Part shown: positions 13,001 to 23,660 of the stretch, piece after piece | How positions within the stretch are numbered: the first letter of the stretch is position 1 | Layout: each line of letters starts with the position of its first letter | Source: Macrostomum lignano | Lineage: Eukaryota | Direction: 5' to 3' | DNA length: 64,000 nucleotides | Assembly: GCA_002269645.1 (NCBI GenBank) | Contig: NIVC01000856.1 | Coordinates: forward strand, 186,001-250,000 | The notes under the pieces: generated by a model | Databases searched by the model: none | What the model was told of the DNA's origin: nothing | Seen by the model: only the letters and a program-made list of their open reading frames with translations | Position numbers and translations under genes: made by a program

Positions 13001-16000
13001 ACTTGGGGTGGAAAATTCCAAACTTGGAGGGAAATCTCAAACTTTAGGGAAATCTCAAACTTGGAGGGAAATCCATAAATTACAGGGTAATCCTAAATCT
13101 GGAGGTAAATCTCAAACTTCGAGGTAAATCCCTAAACCCTAAAGCGGAGGAAGATACCAAGACGAAGGTCAATCTACTTTGGACAGAGGACAGCTCTCCA
13201 ACGCAGCGGCAAGGAGAAGGGATTCCCGGCGGCTCTCACTTGGCGTGTTCGGATTGCTGACGCTCGGTCGGCCGCTCCGGCGTGATTCGATGATTTTCAG
13301 GCAGTCCGGGTGCGGCTTGGCGTAGTCCGAGCAGCTGCGCCCTGCGTGAACGGTTGGGGTCGCACAGGCGGTGTACTTTTGAGCATGCGTGGCTTACCCG
13401 TATTCATTTTTGTTTGGCAAATGGAAAAACTTGAGCAGTTTTAAATTTGTTTGCGGATTTTATCCGTCTCTGATGATCATTTTTTTCTGTTCACTCTTCA
13501 CCTGTCAATATCGCAGATTCTTTTCACCCGCCAATCTCACTGACTCTTCACCTGTCAATCTTACTGACTCTTCACCTGTCAATCTCACTGACTCTTCACC
13601 TGTCAATCTCACTGACTCTTCACCTGTCAATCTTACTGACTCTTCACCTGTCAATCTCACTGAATCTTCACCTGTCAATCTTACTTCTTATTTACCTGCC
13701 AATCTCACTGACTCTTCACCTGTCAATCTTACTGTCTCTTCACCTGTCAATCTTACTGCTTATTTACCTGCCAATCTTACTGACTCTTCACCTGCCAATC
13801 TTATTGCTTATTTACCTGCTAATCTTACTGACTCTTCACCTGTCAATCTCACAGACTCTTCACCTGTCAATCTCACTGACTCTTCACCTGTCAATCTTAC
13901 TGCTTATTTACCTGCCAATCTTACTGACTCTTCACCTGTCAATCTTACTGCTTATTTACCTGCCAATCTCACTGACTATTCACCTGTCAATCTTACTGAC
14001 TCTTCACCTGTCAATCTCACTGATTCTTCACCTGTCAATCTTACTGACTCTTCACCTGTCAATCTTACTGACTCTTCACCTGTCAATCTCACTGACTCTT
14101 CACCTGTCAATCTTACTGACTCTTCACCTGTCAATCTCACTGATTCTTCACCTGTCAATCTCACTGATTCTTCACCTGTCAATCTTACTGACTCTTCACC
14201 TGTCAATCTTACTGACTCTTCACCTGTCAATCTTACTGACTCTTCACCTGTCAATCTTACTGACTCTTCACCTGTCAATCTTACTGACTCTTCACCTGTC
14301 AATATCGCAGATTCTTTTCACCCGCCAATCTCACTGATTCTTCACCTGCCAATCTCACTGCTTATTTACTTGCCAATCTTACTGACTCTTCACCTGTCAA
14401 TCTCACTGACTCGTCAATCCCCACCACCATTTTAGTGGTTGCTTTCTTATAATTGCCTCTATATATCCTCTATAATTTATATCTATACCTTAATCTATAT
14501 ATCCATTGGCATAATAATCGTATATCTGTCTGCGCTGGAATGCTCAGGGCCTAGCGTCAGACACTTTTGACTATTTAAACAGCCACTCTGGGAGTCTAGA
14601 AAACACCCTAGCTGCTGGAGCGATGCAGAGGGGAACCATCTTGCTAATGCGATTTCTGTGTTTCTGTCAACAGACCCGCAGCATCCGTAGCCGCGAGGCT
14701 GGCTCCTTTGTCCAGCAGCGCCGCCACCATGCTTGTCCGGCCCGACTCGCAGGCCAGCATGAGAGCCGTCCGGCCGTTTGAGTCCGTGGTGTCCACAGCG
14801 TCGGACATTGAGGACAGCAGCGCGGCCAGCGATTCTGAGCTGCCGTTTTGCACCGCCATGTGCAGCAGCGAGATCGACTGCATGAAGGAAGGAACACGGC
14901 GCTTTGATGGTGGCCTCTGGACATGAGAAATGAATTTGGTGCGTGCTGGGGCTGGTAGAGGGAGCAGGGTGCTGGGGCTGGTAGAGGGAACAGGGTGCTG
15001 GGGCTGGTAGAGGGAACAGGGTGCTGGGGCTGGTAGAGGGAACAGGGTGCTGGGGCTGGTAGAGGGAACAGGGTGCTGGGGCTGGTAGAGGGAACAGGGT
15101 GCTGGGGCTGGTAGAGGGAACAGGGTGCTGGGGCTGGTTGAGGGAACGGGGTGCTGGGGCTGGTTGAGGGAACAGGGTGCTGGGGCTGGTAGAGGGAACA
15201 GGGTGCTGGGGCTGGTAGAGGGAACAGGGTGCTGGGGCTGGTAGAGGGAACAGGGTGCTGGGGCTGGTTGAGGGAACAGGGTGCTGGGGCTGGTTGAGGG
15301 AACAGGGTGCTGTACATTAACGACGTACCGACTCATCCTTAGCCAAATTTGGAACTTTCTTTAAAAGCACTCTGATGCAGAGGGCTCGGTTGGTTTGTAC
15401 AGCTCGATAAAGAGGCGTTCGATTCTCTTTGTCAACTACGGTGGCATCGGCACCCATAGACAACAGAACATCCACCGCTCGTTCTTGTCCGTTTGCACAA
15501 GCAAGATGCAAAGCCGTGCTACAATGATGATTTAAAATGACAATACGCGATATTACATTCTTTTAATGCTTGTTACATTAATTGATCTAGCTGCTATTCA
15601 ATGGGTGGCCTATTTATTTATTTATTCTATTTATTACTAGACTCGAATTTGCTCTCTGATAATTTCTATGATGACTGTGACTGTACCAATTAGGTTTCAG
15701 TAAGACCTTATGTAATATAAAAATGAATGATATAAATGATTAACTTGGTTTCTTTTGGTTCTAATTTGTGCAAATCTGAAGTTTTGCTTCCGCATTAAAC
15801 TCATTTGAAAAGTAGTAAACGTGCCAGGATTTTAAATAACTCATCAATGTAATAAAATTTTATTACTGTTGACCTAGTTTCTTAAACCTAGCTTATACCT
15901 AGGTCAATTGTCCAATATGAATGGCATAGGTGAAAAACGCTGACTTACCGTTTTTCCGAGTCCGGAACATTGACATCGTTTTGAAAGGTATTGAGTTTTT

Positions 16001-16148
16001 TTATGTCTCCATTCCATGCTGCTCGATAAATTTTGTCAAGAGATTTTTCCTTGATGTTATAGCAACCATTTGATTCCTTGCTGGAACTGGAAGCTGGAGC
16101 TGTACCCGTGGAATCTTTCGACTTGTTCTTTGAAAAAAGCTTCATCAT
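1002..16148 (-). CDS. ANKRD26: Ankyrin repeat domain-containing protein 26-like (N-terminal ankyrin repeats, low-complexity middle, coiled coil); 21 exons, ~1357 aa
   Basis: Exons (minus, 5'->3'): 16148-15949, 15518-15329, 14877-14676, 13341-13240, 12595-12528, 12401-12343 (uncertain), 12083-11974, 11183-11008, 10113-9667, 8969-8901, 8818-8714, 8638-8459, 6847-6674, 6576-6325, 5914-5859, 5735-5610, 5167-4691, 4364-4022, 3834-3613, 1869-1488, 1135-1002. All GT-AG and phase-consistent (4074 nt). N-term MKLFSK..YNIKEKSLDKIYRAAWNG..RTALHLACANG..DKENRTPLYRAVQ and C-term ELNCSISKHLES..YLTYLKRKYLV* resemble both ends of ANKRD26 as recalled. Confidence 0.85.
1209..1452. repeat. 42-bp minisatellite, ~6 copies
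   Basis: Unit GTTTTATGGGGTAGGCGGCCTGTTTGAAGTTTTGGGGTGTCG. Confidence 0.95.
1894..2434. mobile_element. hAT-type MITE (541 bp) with internal 21-bp minisatellite
   Basis: TIRs CAGGGGTGTCGCCA / TGGCGACGCCCCTG (13/14); 8-bp TSD tatttttt / gatttttt; G-tracts near the ends. Confidence 0.8.
1985..2270. repeat. 21-bp minisatellite inside a hAT MITE
   Basis: Unit ACTCATTTTAGCGCCGCAGGC. Confidence 0.95.
2476..3560. repeat. 21-bp minisatellite with 336-bp higher-order duplication
   Basis: Unit GTAGCTGAGTGGGGCTTCCGT; rare variants recur 336 bp apart. Confidence 0.95.
3895..4030. repeat. 28-bp short tandem repeat
   Basis: Unit CAAGCCCCATCAATCCCAGCATCTTCAA. Confidence 0.8.
4425..4647. repeat. 22-bp minisatellite
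   Basis: Unit CTTCAGGAGAGCTTCAGGGTGA. Confidence 0.95.
5267..5587. repeat. 46-bp minisatellite related to the 22-bp unit
   Basis: Unit AACTTCAGGGTGACTTCATGGAGAGTTTCAGGCTGACTTCATTCAT. Confidence 0.93.
7277..8293. repeat. 20-bp minisatellite, ~50 copies
   Basis: Unit AAAAGGTCAAGCTACCTTCC; 340-bp higher-order duplication. Confidence 0.97.
9043..9577. repeat. 45-bp minisatellite
   Basis: Unit CTAGACACGCACCCATTTCTAACCCACCCACGTCACTCCCTGCCC. Confidence 0.95.
11215..11800. repeat. 26-bp minisatellite
   Basis: Unit CACCTGTCAGTCTCTCACTGTCTCTG. Confidence 0.97.
12845..13130. repeat. Degenerate ~20-bp tandem repeat
   Basis: Recurring TTGGAGGGAAATCCCAAAC-like unit. Confidence 0.7.
13495..14410. repeat. 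24-bp minisatellite
   Basis: Unit CACCTGTCAATCTTACTGACTCTT. Confidence 0.96.
14946..15311. repeat. 26-bp G-rich minisatellite
   Basis: Unit GGGTGCTGGGGCTGGTAGAGGGAACA. Confidence 0.96.
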
Positions 16149-16615
16149 TTTTAGGCTGTGATTAGAAGTGTTTAGATTATTCAGACAAAACAAATGCGTT
16201 GAATGATGAATTTTGTTTTAAACTTTACATCTTTTTCACAATAGTCAAAAGATATGGATGGCAGGATGGTATGGTAAATCGATTTTGGTGAAATAATAGA
16301 GAGAATTCGATTGATGTTAAAAAAGTAGCTTACATACAAATTTTATGTCAAAATTTCAGCTATAATTTCAATATTATAAACGTAGAAAGTTAAAAATATA
16401 ATTAAATGATGTATTTGTATGTATTCTCTTTAACAAATGTGAAAAATTAATTAGCGTGGTTTTACTGGAAATTTATTTTTAACTTATAAAGAGCACACCG
16501 CTCGAGTCAAGCTAGCTCGCTTCGCCAAATCGCTCGCTCGCTTCAAGCTCGGGATCGTCGTGTATTAATTTTATATTTAGCTAATATTTTAGTAGGCCTA
16601 TATGGACTAGTTCTC

Positions 16616-16732
16616 GGGGTCGTACTATAAAGCTGTCGTAGCGTAAGTTGGATCGTACATCGGAACTTTTACACTGCTGAGATAGGAGCTAAGAACGATC
16701 TTATCTTACGATGGCTTTATAGAACGGGCCCC
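16616..16732. mobile_element. Small (~117 bp) putative MITE with Harbinger-like GGGGCC termini
   Basis: Left GGGGTCGTACTATAAAGCTGTCGTAG versus reverse complement of the right end GGGGCCCGTTCTATAAAGCCATCGTAAG; no clear TSD. Confidence 0.45.
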
Positions 16733-17351
16733 TCGTCTTTACCAGCATATATTTCAGCGTAGGGTCTCTAGGCTAGTTTTGGGTTGGCTGGATTTAAAAT
16801 AAAAAGGCCTAATATCTGAACTTTTTAATTGTGTAAAATTTTGTATATGCATGCGCAGTAATGTTATGGTAATGTCTTCCCAGGGCATAGCTTTTTGACT
16901 TGGTGGACTGGAAAAACAGGACAAGTGGATATGATAAGCTAAGCTAAGCTAAGAGCCAAAAGGCTGGATAGAGCAGAAATCTAAAAGCCTAGGCTTAACT
17001 GTTTTGATTTTATTGTCAAGGAATCTGTAGTAAGCCTAGCCTAGTGACCGCAAAAGTTTGATAATGATACTAACTAGGCCCCTATAGAAATAAATAATTC
17101 ATACTGTGTTGTACTTTTGCAAAAGTCACTACAAATCAATTAGGGCCTAAGCCTAGGTTATTAAAAAATAAAGTCATGCCTATTTAGCATGATTATTATA
17201 CCCAATGAAGCAATGATGGCTATAGCTTGGCTATGGCTATACTATAGGCATAGGGGGCCTATTGTGTAGGGCTGGTACCTAAATTCTTTGTGACCTAGAC
17301 CTATGTCCTATGATGATAATACTATCTTATGTCATATGATCTATGATTATA

Positions 17352-17651
17352 TATATGCACAACCCCCTTGAATTTATACTGGCTATTAGTATTACAACTT
17401 ACTTTTGTCCAAAAATGCAATTTAATTGTGAAAAAAACATTAAGCAAAAATTAACACAATTTTGGATAGGGCCTAAATGACAGGAGTAACTATAACTATC
17501 TTAGTAAGGCTAAATGTCTCATCATCTAATTTAGGCCTACTATCATCTATATTTTGGATAGGCAGTTTTGCTACTTACCTTTGGTTTACCACAATTTATG
17601 GTAGGCTAGCTAGATTGGCCAAGTCAGCCAGCAATTGTACATATATGTATG
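17352..17651. mobile_element. Older, transition-decayed copy of the 28S-fragment MITE
   Basis: Collinear with 18224-18511: tatgcacaac~catgcgcaac, ttttgtccaaaaatgc~ttttggccaaaaatgc, 28S-like core at 17482-17534, right end attgtacata~gttgcgcatg. Confidence 0.7.
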
Positions 17652-18223
17652 ATTAGGCCCAAGGCCTTATGGTTAGACCATGGCTAGAAGTGTAGGATAT
17701 TAAAACCTATATAGGCTAGGCTAGGGTAGAGCATCATTAACTGAACATAAAAGTGTCACTTTTAGACTTTTTTTAGCAAAAAAGTTTTGTATGTAGAGAA
17801 ATAAAAGGTATAGTAGATGACAGCCTAGATATATCTTTGCAAGACACAAAATGAGTTTTTAGAGCTAGGGTCAATTTCATAAAGCTACGAGTGTCAAGTA
17901 TCAACAATTTTGGTTTTATAAACATGGTGCATTTCTAGTATAAAAAATAACTCATTTTTTATGTTTATAGTTGAACTAGGCCTATATAAAAGTGATCTAG
18001 CCTTTAGACCATAGACCAAAGTTTTAAGATTTTTCTTTTTTTGCTTTGATAGATTTGGTTAAGAGATAGTCTCTATAAGTCTATGTTCTTCTTGGTCTAT
18101 ATATAATACTTTATTTACTACAATGAAAGACAAAGAAAAAGCAACTTAGATTTTTTTGGATTGTACCTAGACCAAAGGGGATGTTTTGTTTAGAAGGTTC
18201 ATTAGTATATTGATGTCCTCATA

Positions 18224-18511
18224 CATGCGCAACCTCCGAAATTCGGTCGGCCATGCGACTTAGTTTTAACAAAAATGCGACGTAGTTTTTGGCCAAAAAT
18301 GCGACTTACATGTAAAAAAACCCTAAAGCAAATAAACGCAACTTTGGGTAAACGGCAGGAGTAACTATGACTGTCTTATTAAGCCAAAATGCCTCGTCAG
18401 CTACTTAGCACTACTACTTGGTTATTTTTTCGGGTGGCATTTTTGCGACTTCCTTGGTTGGCCGCCAAATCGGTCGGCCGGATCGGCCGACTCGGCCGAC
18501 TGTTGCGCATG
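18224..18511. mobile_element. 288-bp MITE with TA target-site duplication carrying a 28S rRNA fragment
   Basis: TIRs CATGCGCAAC (18224-18233) / GTTGCGCATG (18502-18511), flanked by TA on both sides; subterminal TCGGCCG repeats; a second decayed copy lies at ~17352-17651. Confidence 0.8.
18346..18408 (+). pseudogene. 63-bp degenerate fragment of 28S rRNA (region with the R2 / I-PpoI target), not a functional rRNA gene
   Basis: GGGTAAACGGCAGGAGTAACTATGACTGTCTTATTAAGCCAAAATGCCTCGTCAGCTACTTAG versus conserved eukaryotic LSU GGGTAAACGGCGGGAGTAACTATGACTCTCTTAAGGTAGCCAAATGCCTCGTCATCTAATTAG. Confidence 0.88.
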
Positions 18512-18799
18512 TATGCTATCAGACATGAAAAAATAAAAATATATAAGAAAACAATTTGATAAAAGCTACAAGTGTCATAGCAATTTATCAAAAAACATAA
18601 GACAAGAAGAAGTATTTTCATATAGAAGCATCTAGTTTAGTGCATGTTTATGGATAAAACCCCTAAAGAAGTAAAGAAGTGCTTGTAATTTGTCAAATTT
18701 TGCTTGTCACTTATAACTTGTCAATTTATAAAGTTGTGACAGCTATTTTTATAAAATGCATTATTTTGCAGAATTATTACTCATCACTTGTAATTTGTC

Positions 18800-19560
18800 C
18801 AACAAATGCTTTATGAAATAGGCCCCTAATAAAAGGGCTAGGGAACAATGCCTCTGGATTGCCTGCAGGCAATGCAGTTTGCCCAAGTTGAACAATGCTA
18901 AGTCCTAATCCATGCTTTAATATGCAAATTGATAATAGAGCCAGTAATTAGAATGAAAGGCTTAGTCCTAAGAGAAGAGCCAGAGGTGCTAACTCTTGCA
19001 AGGACATCAGCTAGCTCATTCCTTTGTATCTCCACATGCCCCAGAACCTACTTAAGAGTAATTTTTGTTGGTAAAACCCAATATTTTAAGGAGTTTCATA
19101 TAGTTGTGGACTATAGCAGAGTTGACCCTATAACCACTGATAGCATGCAAGGCAGCTTGGCTATCTGAATAAAAAGTTAATGTTTTTTGCCTGGTATACT
19201 AGTGGCAAAAAGCTCTGCAATGCAAGAGCTGATGGCAAGAACTTTACCTTGGAAGACATTGGAGTTGACCCCAATATATTGAGCATAGGTTGCAATCCAA
19301 TGACCCATCTGTTCAAGAAGATTCTAACACCAAAGCTGGTGTTGACTGACTGCTTAAAACCATCAATATAGCAGTAGAGCTCACTAGGGTTCCAGTGGTC
19401 ATTGATGATATTGCACAGGTCAATAGCTAGAGTAGCATTGTCTCTAGTTGAGCATCGAGACAATGCCATTGGTAAAGATGCAATTGGCGTGAAACTGGTT
19501 GAGAATATTAAGGCATAGGTTTACTATGCAGTACAAGGTTTTGTTGACTTTAGTTGTGGC
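18800..19560 (-). mobile_element. Degenerate non-LTR retrotransposon fragment with RNase H domain (I/R1/Loa-like)
   Basis: Across stops and frameshifts: CYIDGFKQ (YTDGSK-like), SNVFQGKVLAI, FYSDSQAALHAI, *VLGHVEIQRNELADVLAR (WVPGH..GNE.AD.LA), then IKAWIRT*HCSTW..CRQSR. Confidence 0.85.
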
Positions 19561-19589
19561 TTAGCTTTTATCTACTTCATAAGGTTCCC

Positions 19590-20170
19590 CTTTCTAGCCT
19601 ACCTTCTTCCTCCTTAGTCTACCCTCTCTCCTAGTGTACCCCTTCCTCTCCTCTCTATCCTTTCTTCTAGTGTAACCCCTCCTAGCCTATCCCCTCCTCT
19701 CCTAGTCTATCCCCTCTCCTAGCCTATCCCCTCTCCTAGCCTATCCCCTCCTCTCCTCTATCCTTTCTTCTAGTGTAACTCCTCCTAGCCTATCCCCTCC
19801 TCTCCTAGTCTGCCCCCCTCCTCTCCTAGCCTATCCCCTCCTCTCCTCTCTATCCTTTCTTCTAGTGTAACCCCTCCTAGCCTATCCCCTCCTCTCCCAG
19901 TCTATCCCCTCCTAGTCTATCCCCTCTCCTAGCCTATCCCCTCCTCTCCTAGTCTGCCCCCTCCTCTCCTAGCCTATCCCCTCCTCTCCTAGTCTACCCC
20001 CTCCTCTCCTAGCCTATCCCCTCATCTCCTAGTCTCCCCCCTCCTATCCTAGTCTACCCCTCCTCTCCTAGTCTACCCTCCTCTCCTAGTCAACCCCCTC
20101 CTCACCTAGTCTACCCTCCTCCGATTTTACCCCCCTCCCAGACTACTTCTCTCCCAGCCTACCATACCCT
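19590..20170. repeat. CT-rich degenerate tandem repeat
   Basis: CCTCTCCTAGCCTATCCC-like units. Confidence 0.9.
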
Positions 20171-20380
20171 CTCCAATTTCTATTCCTGACAGTCTATTCA
20201 CCGATGCATATGCAATTTATGTACTGACGCAGTACTGACTACTGACTGCCGACCATTGCACCTTACGCATTGATCCAATGCTGCTGCTGTTAATGCATTG
20301 ACAATGCCTGTGTTGCTACTTGGCTAGTAAGCAAGTAAGCAAATCGTATTCCCTACGTAACTTTTTTTTCAAAAATATGC

Positions 20381-21839
20381 ATGCAACTCGCCGCTATCAC
20401 TGCCGCGCAATGCCGCTGCGGCCATCGCAGGCTGCTTCCGCCAAGATCATTAGCTAAATTCTTGTATTCTCGCGGCTGCAGCAGCGAGTCTTCGTCTCAG
20501 CCGCAGCAGCAGCTATCCGGCCTGCCTATCATCCGTCTGTCGCCTAATCCGTTAATCCGCTCTCCTGGCGGCCTGTTTCGCAATATCGGCAACCGGATTA
20601 AACTGGCTCTACTGAGCACGGCTAGTCGCGATCGGGAATTGACGCCTCGTAGCTTTGCGGACGCTTGCCGCGACCTCCTGCCAGTCATTGTTGACGGCCT
20701 GGCCGCCGCTGACCAGGGAGACGATTCGTTGAGCGGACTGCTCAGCCCCGAGTGCCTGAGCCTGGCCAAGGATTATTACAGCAGGATGAATGATGAGCAG
20801 CGGGAACAGCTGGCTAGAATGGCCAGTAACATTATTGTGGCCAATATTGAGGTTTGTGGGGCTGCTTGTTTTAGAGGGGCATTGTGGCTCTCCTGTTGTT
20901 TTAGTTGGCCATATTGGTCATAGTAGTTTCAGTTGGTCATAGTAGTTTCAGTTGGTCATAGTAGTTTCAGTTGGTCATAGCAGTTTCAATTGGTCATAGT
21001 AGTTTCAGTTGGTCATAGTAGTTTCAGTTGGTCATAGTAGTTTCAGTTGGTCATAGTAGTTTCAGTGGGTCATAGCAGTTTCAGTGGGTCATAGTAGTTT
21101 CAGTTGGTCATAGCAGTTTCAATTGGTCATAGTAGTTTCAGTTGGTCATAGCAGTTTCAATTGGTCATAGTAGTTTCAGTTGGTCATAGTAGTTTCAGTG
21201 GTCATAGCAGTTTCAGTTGGTCATAGTAGTTTCAGTTGGTCATAGTAGTTTCAGTGGGTCATAGCAGTTTCAGTTGGTCATAGTAGTTTCAGTTGGTCAT
21301 AGTAGTTTCAGTGGGTCATAGCAGTTTCAGTTGGTCATAGTAGTTTCAATTGGTCATAGTAGTTTCAATTGGTCATGGTAGTTTTAGTTGGTCATAGAGT
21401 TGGTCATAGCAGTTTCAGTTGATCATAGCAGCGGCAGTTTCACAGCCGACCCGCCACCGTCCCCCCACCGCCGCAGTCCCTGAGCGGCCTGCCGCAGCAT
21501 TTTTCCAAGCTAAGCGGCAACTTCAATGGCGAGGGACAGCCAGCAACCGGTGTGATGGTTGTCGATGCTAGAATGACTCTGCTTGGCAGCTTGAAGAGGC
21601 CGGCTGCCGACCAGCTGATGATGCTGGTGCTGCAGCTCATGAGCTCAAGGCCAAAGGACCCGGACACTTTAGAGCACGGATTCGTGTGGAGTCTGGGCCT
21701 GCAGAGAACCTTCATCTTTCCGCCCGGCTCAGATCGTGTCCGCTCGCCAAGCGGGCAAGAATATTCGGACAATGGCTGGCTGGTTGACAATGTCAATGTC
21801 ATGATGTTAAAAGATTGGGTGCAACAAGTGCAAAACTAA
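20381..21839 (+). CDS. Mitochondrial protein, MAIP1 (C2orf47)/Tim44-like; 2 exons, ~293 aa
   Basis: Exon 20381-20851 (GAG|gtttgt) and exon 21429-21839 (tag|CAG, phase 0). Arg/Ala-rich N-terminus resembles a mitochondrial presequence. NRIKLALL..DRELTPRSFADAC..LSGLLSPECL and LQRTF..WLVDNV follow the recalled MAIP1 pattern. Exact exon 2 acceptor is uncertain. Confidence 0.6.
20915..21428. repeat. 19-bp minisatellite
   Basis: Unit CATAGTAGTTTCAGTTGGT. Confidence 0.96.
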
Positions 21840-22123
21840 TTCTACTTTGCTTAACCTTAGTAACCGCAGTAGTTGTAATTATAATATTTCATTGCCTGAT
21901 AATTTTTATGTAATCCTTTATCACTGAAATGAAGTACAAATGAAGTTTTCAACATCAATAAATATTGCAGACCCCAGTCTACATGGCTTTATTGTTCCAG
22001 CAGTTTCTGAGTCTGCTTTTATTCTGTCAATTTACACTTATTAATCTGGATGCGGGCTATTTGCGACGTGACCACCTAGTGTTCGAGCGTATAGGCAAGG
22101 CTGTTCGGTAACCTTAAGAAAAG

Positions 22124-22705
22124 GAGCGGAGGGGAGGAGAGGATCAGAGGAGGGGAGGAGCGGAGGGAGGAGAGGAGCAGAGGAGGGGAGGAGAGGAGCG
22201 GAGGAGAGGAGCGGAGGGGAAGAGAGGAGCGGAGGGGATGAGAGGATCAGAGGAGCGGAGGGGATGAGAGGAACAGAGGAGTGGAGGGGATGAGAGGATC
22301 AGAGGAGCGGAGGGGATGAGAGGAACAGAGGAGCGGAGGGGAGGATCAGAGGAGCGGAGGGGAAGAGAGGAACAGAGGAGCGGAGGGGAGGATCAGAGGA
22401 GCGGAGCGGATGAGAGGAACAGAGGAGCGGAGGGGAGGATCAGAGGAGCGGAGGGGATGAGAGGATCAGAGGAGCGGAGGGGAGGAGAAGAAAATATTAG
22501 CGGAGGGGAGGAACATAGGAGCGGAGGGGAGGAACATAGGAGCGGAGGGGAGGAACATAGGAGCGGAGGGGAGGAACATAGGAGCGGAGGGGAGGAACAT
22601 AGGAGCGGAGGGGAGGAACAGAGGAGCGGAGGGGAGGAACATAGGAGCGGAGGGGATGAGAGGAACAGAGGAGCGGAGAGGATCAGAGGAACGGAGGGGA
22701 GGAAC
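22124..22705. repeat. GA-rich degenerate tandem repeat
   Basis: GAGGAGCGGAGGGGA-like units. Confidence 0.92.
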
Positions 22706-23660
22706 ATAGCATTTGATGTCTCATTAAATGTCTTAAAAATGAATTTTGCCAGTTTTATTGCAGTTTTCACAATTCACTTCTACTAAGCCAATCCAACCCT
22801 TGCCAGAGGCATCAGATGCAGACTTATCTGGTTCTATCTAGTCGTAGCGTATTTGCTGCCAACTACTCTTTCTCTTGAAGGTTATGGAGAGGTCCTAGGA
22901 CGAGAACAGTTCAATGGCTTGTCATATGAAGTAAATTTTTCAACTTTTTATTTAATACAAAAATGCTCTTCTATCCCCGTGGATTTTGTATTGTTATGCT
23001 TGTATTGCAGTGCAGTGCTCTGGGTGGTAGACCTGGAAGGGTAAAGAATGTACAAGCCCAAGTGCGCGTACATATACAGCTTCAATAGGTTAGCTTATAT
23101 GATAAAAAGAAGCCAAAATAATCTTAACTGTGAGAGTCTGGAGTGGTTGGTTGCTAGTAGAGGTATGAATAAATATGTGCATAACTCTTGCCTTAAACTA
23201 GTATATGTACATGCAAGTACAGGGCCGTTGGATAGAAAAGGCTGAGCACAGTCTATGCTCGCCCATTGGTTCTGCCTCTCGAGCTTGTCATTCCTGTCAT
23301 GGACTTCTGGATCTCAACGTATTGGACTGGGAACCATCAGTATATAAACACACTGGTATAATTTCGCTGTGATTTAATCCCATAAGTTTTGTTAGATAGA
23401 AAAATTAACAGTTTATTTTCTTAATTCTTTCTCTGTCATCGTTTGTAAAAGAAATTAATTAAAGGCACGATAATTAGGTTGACAGCAAGTTTCCAATCCA
23501 GATTCTATGATATGCTTAGTTGTCCATGATCACAGCCTCATCTATATTAGCTGCTATTTTTATTTGCTTCTTACATCTGCCTCGTAATATAATTTTCAGC
23601 GCTAGGCCAATTTGAACAGTTTGATGCGATTGCGTTCGCCATAGAGCCCTGCCTGTTGAA

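Noticed and set aside
18346-18408. Functional rRNA gene
   Set aside because: Only 63 bp, mutated, and inside a TIR element.
18690-18825. Harbinger-like TIR end (GGGGCCTATTTCATAAAGC on the minus strand)
   Set aside because: No partner TIR or TSD could be identified.
22800-23350. Possible small gene or LTR between the MAIP1-like gene and NHE
   Set aside because: Short ORFs without motifs, and no paired LTR or consistent splice structure.
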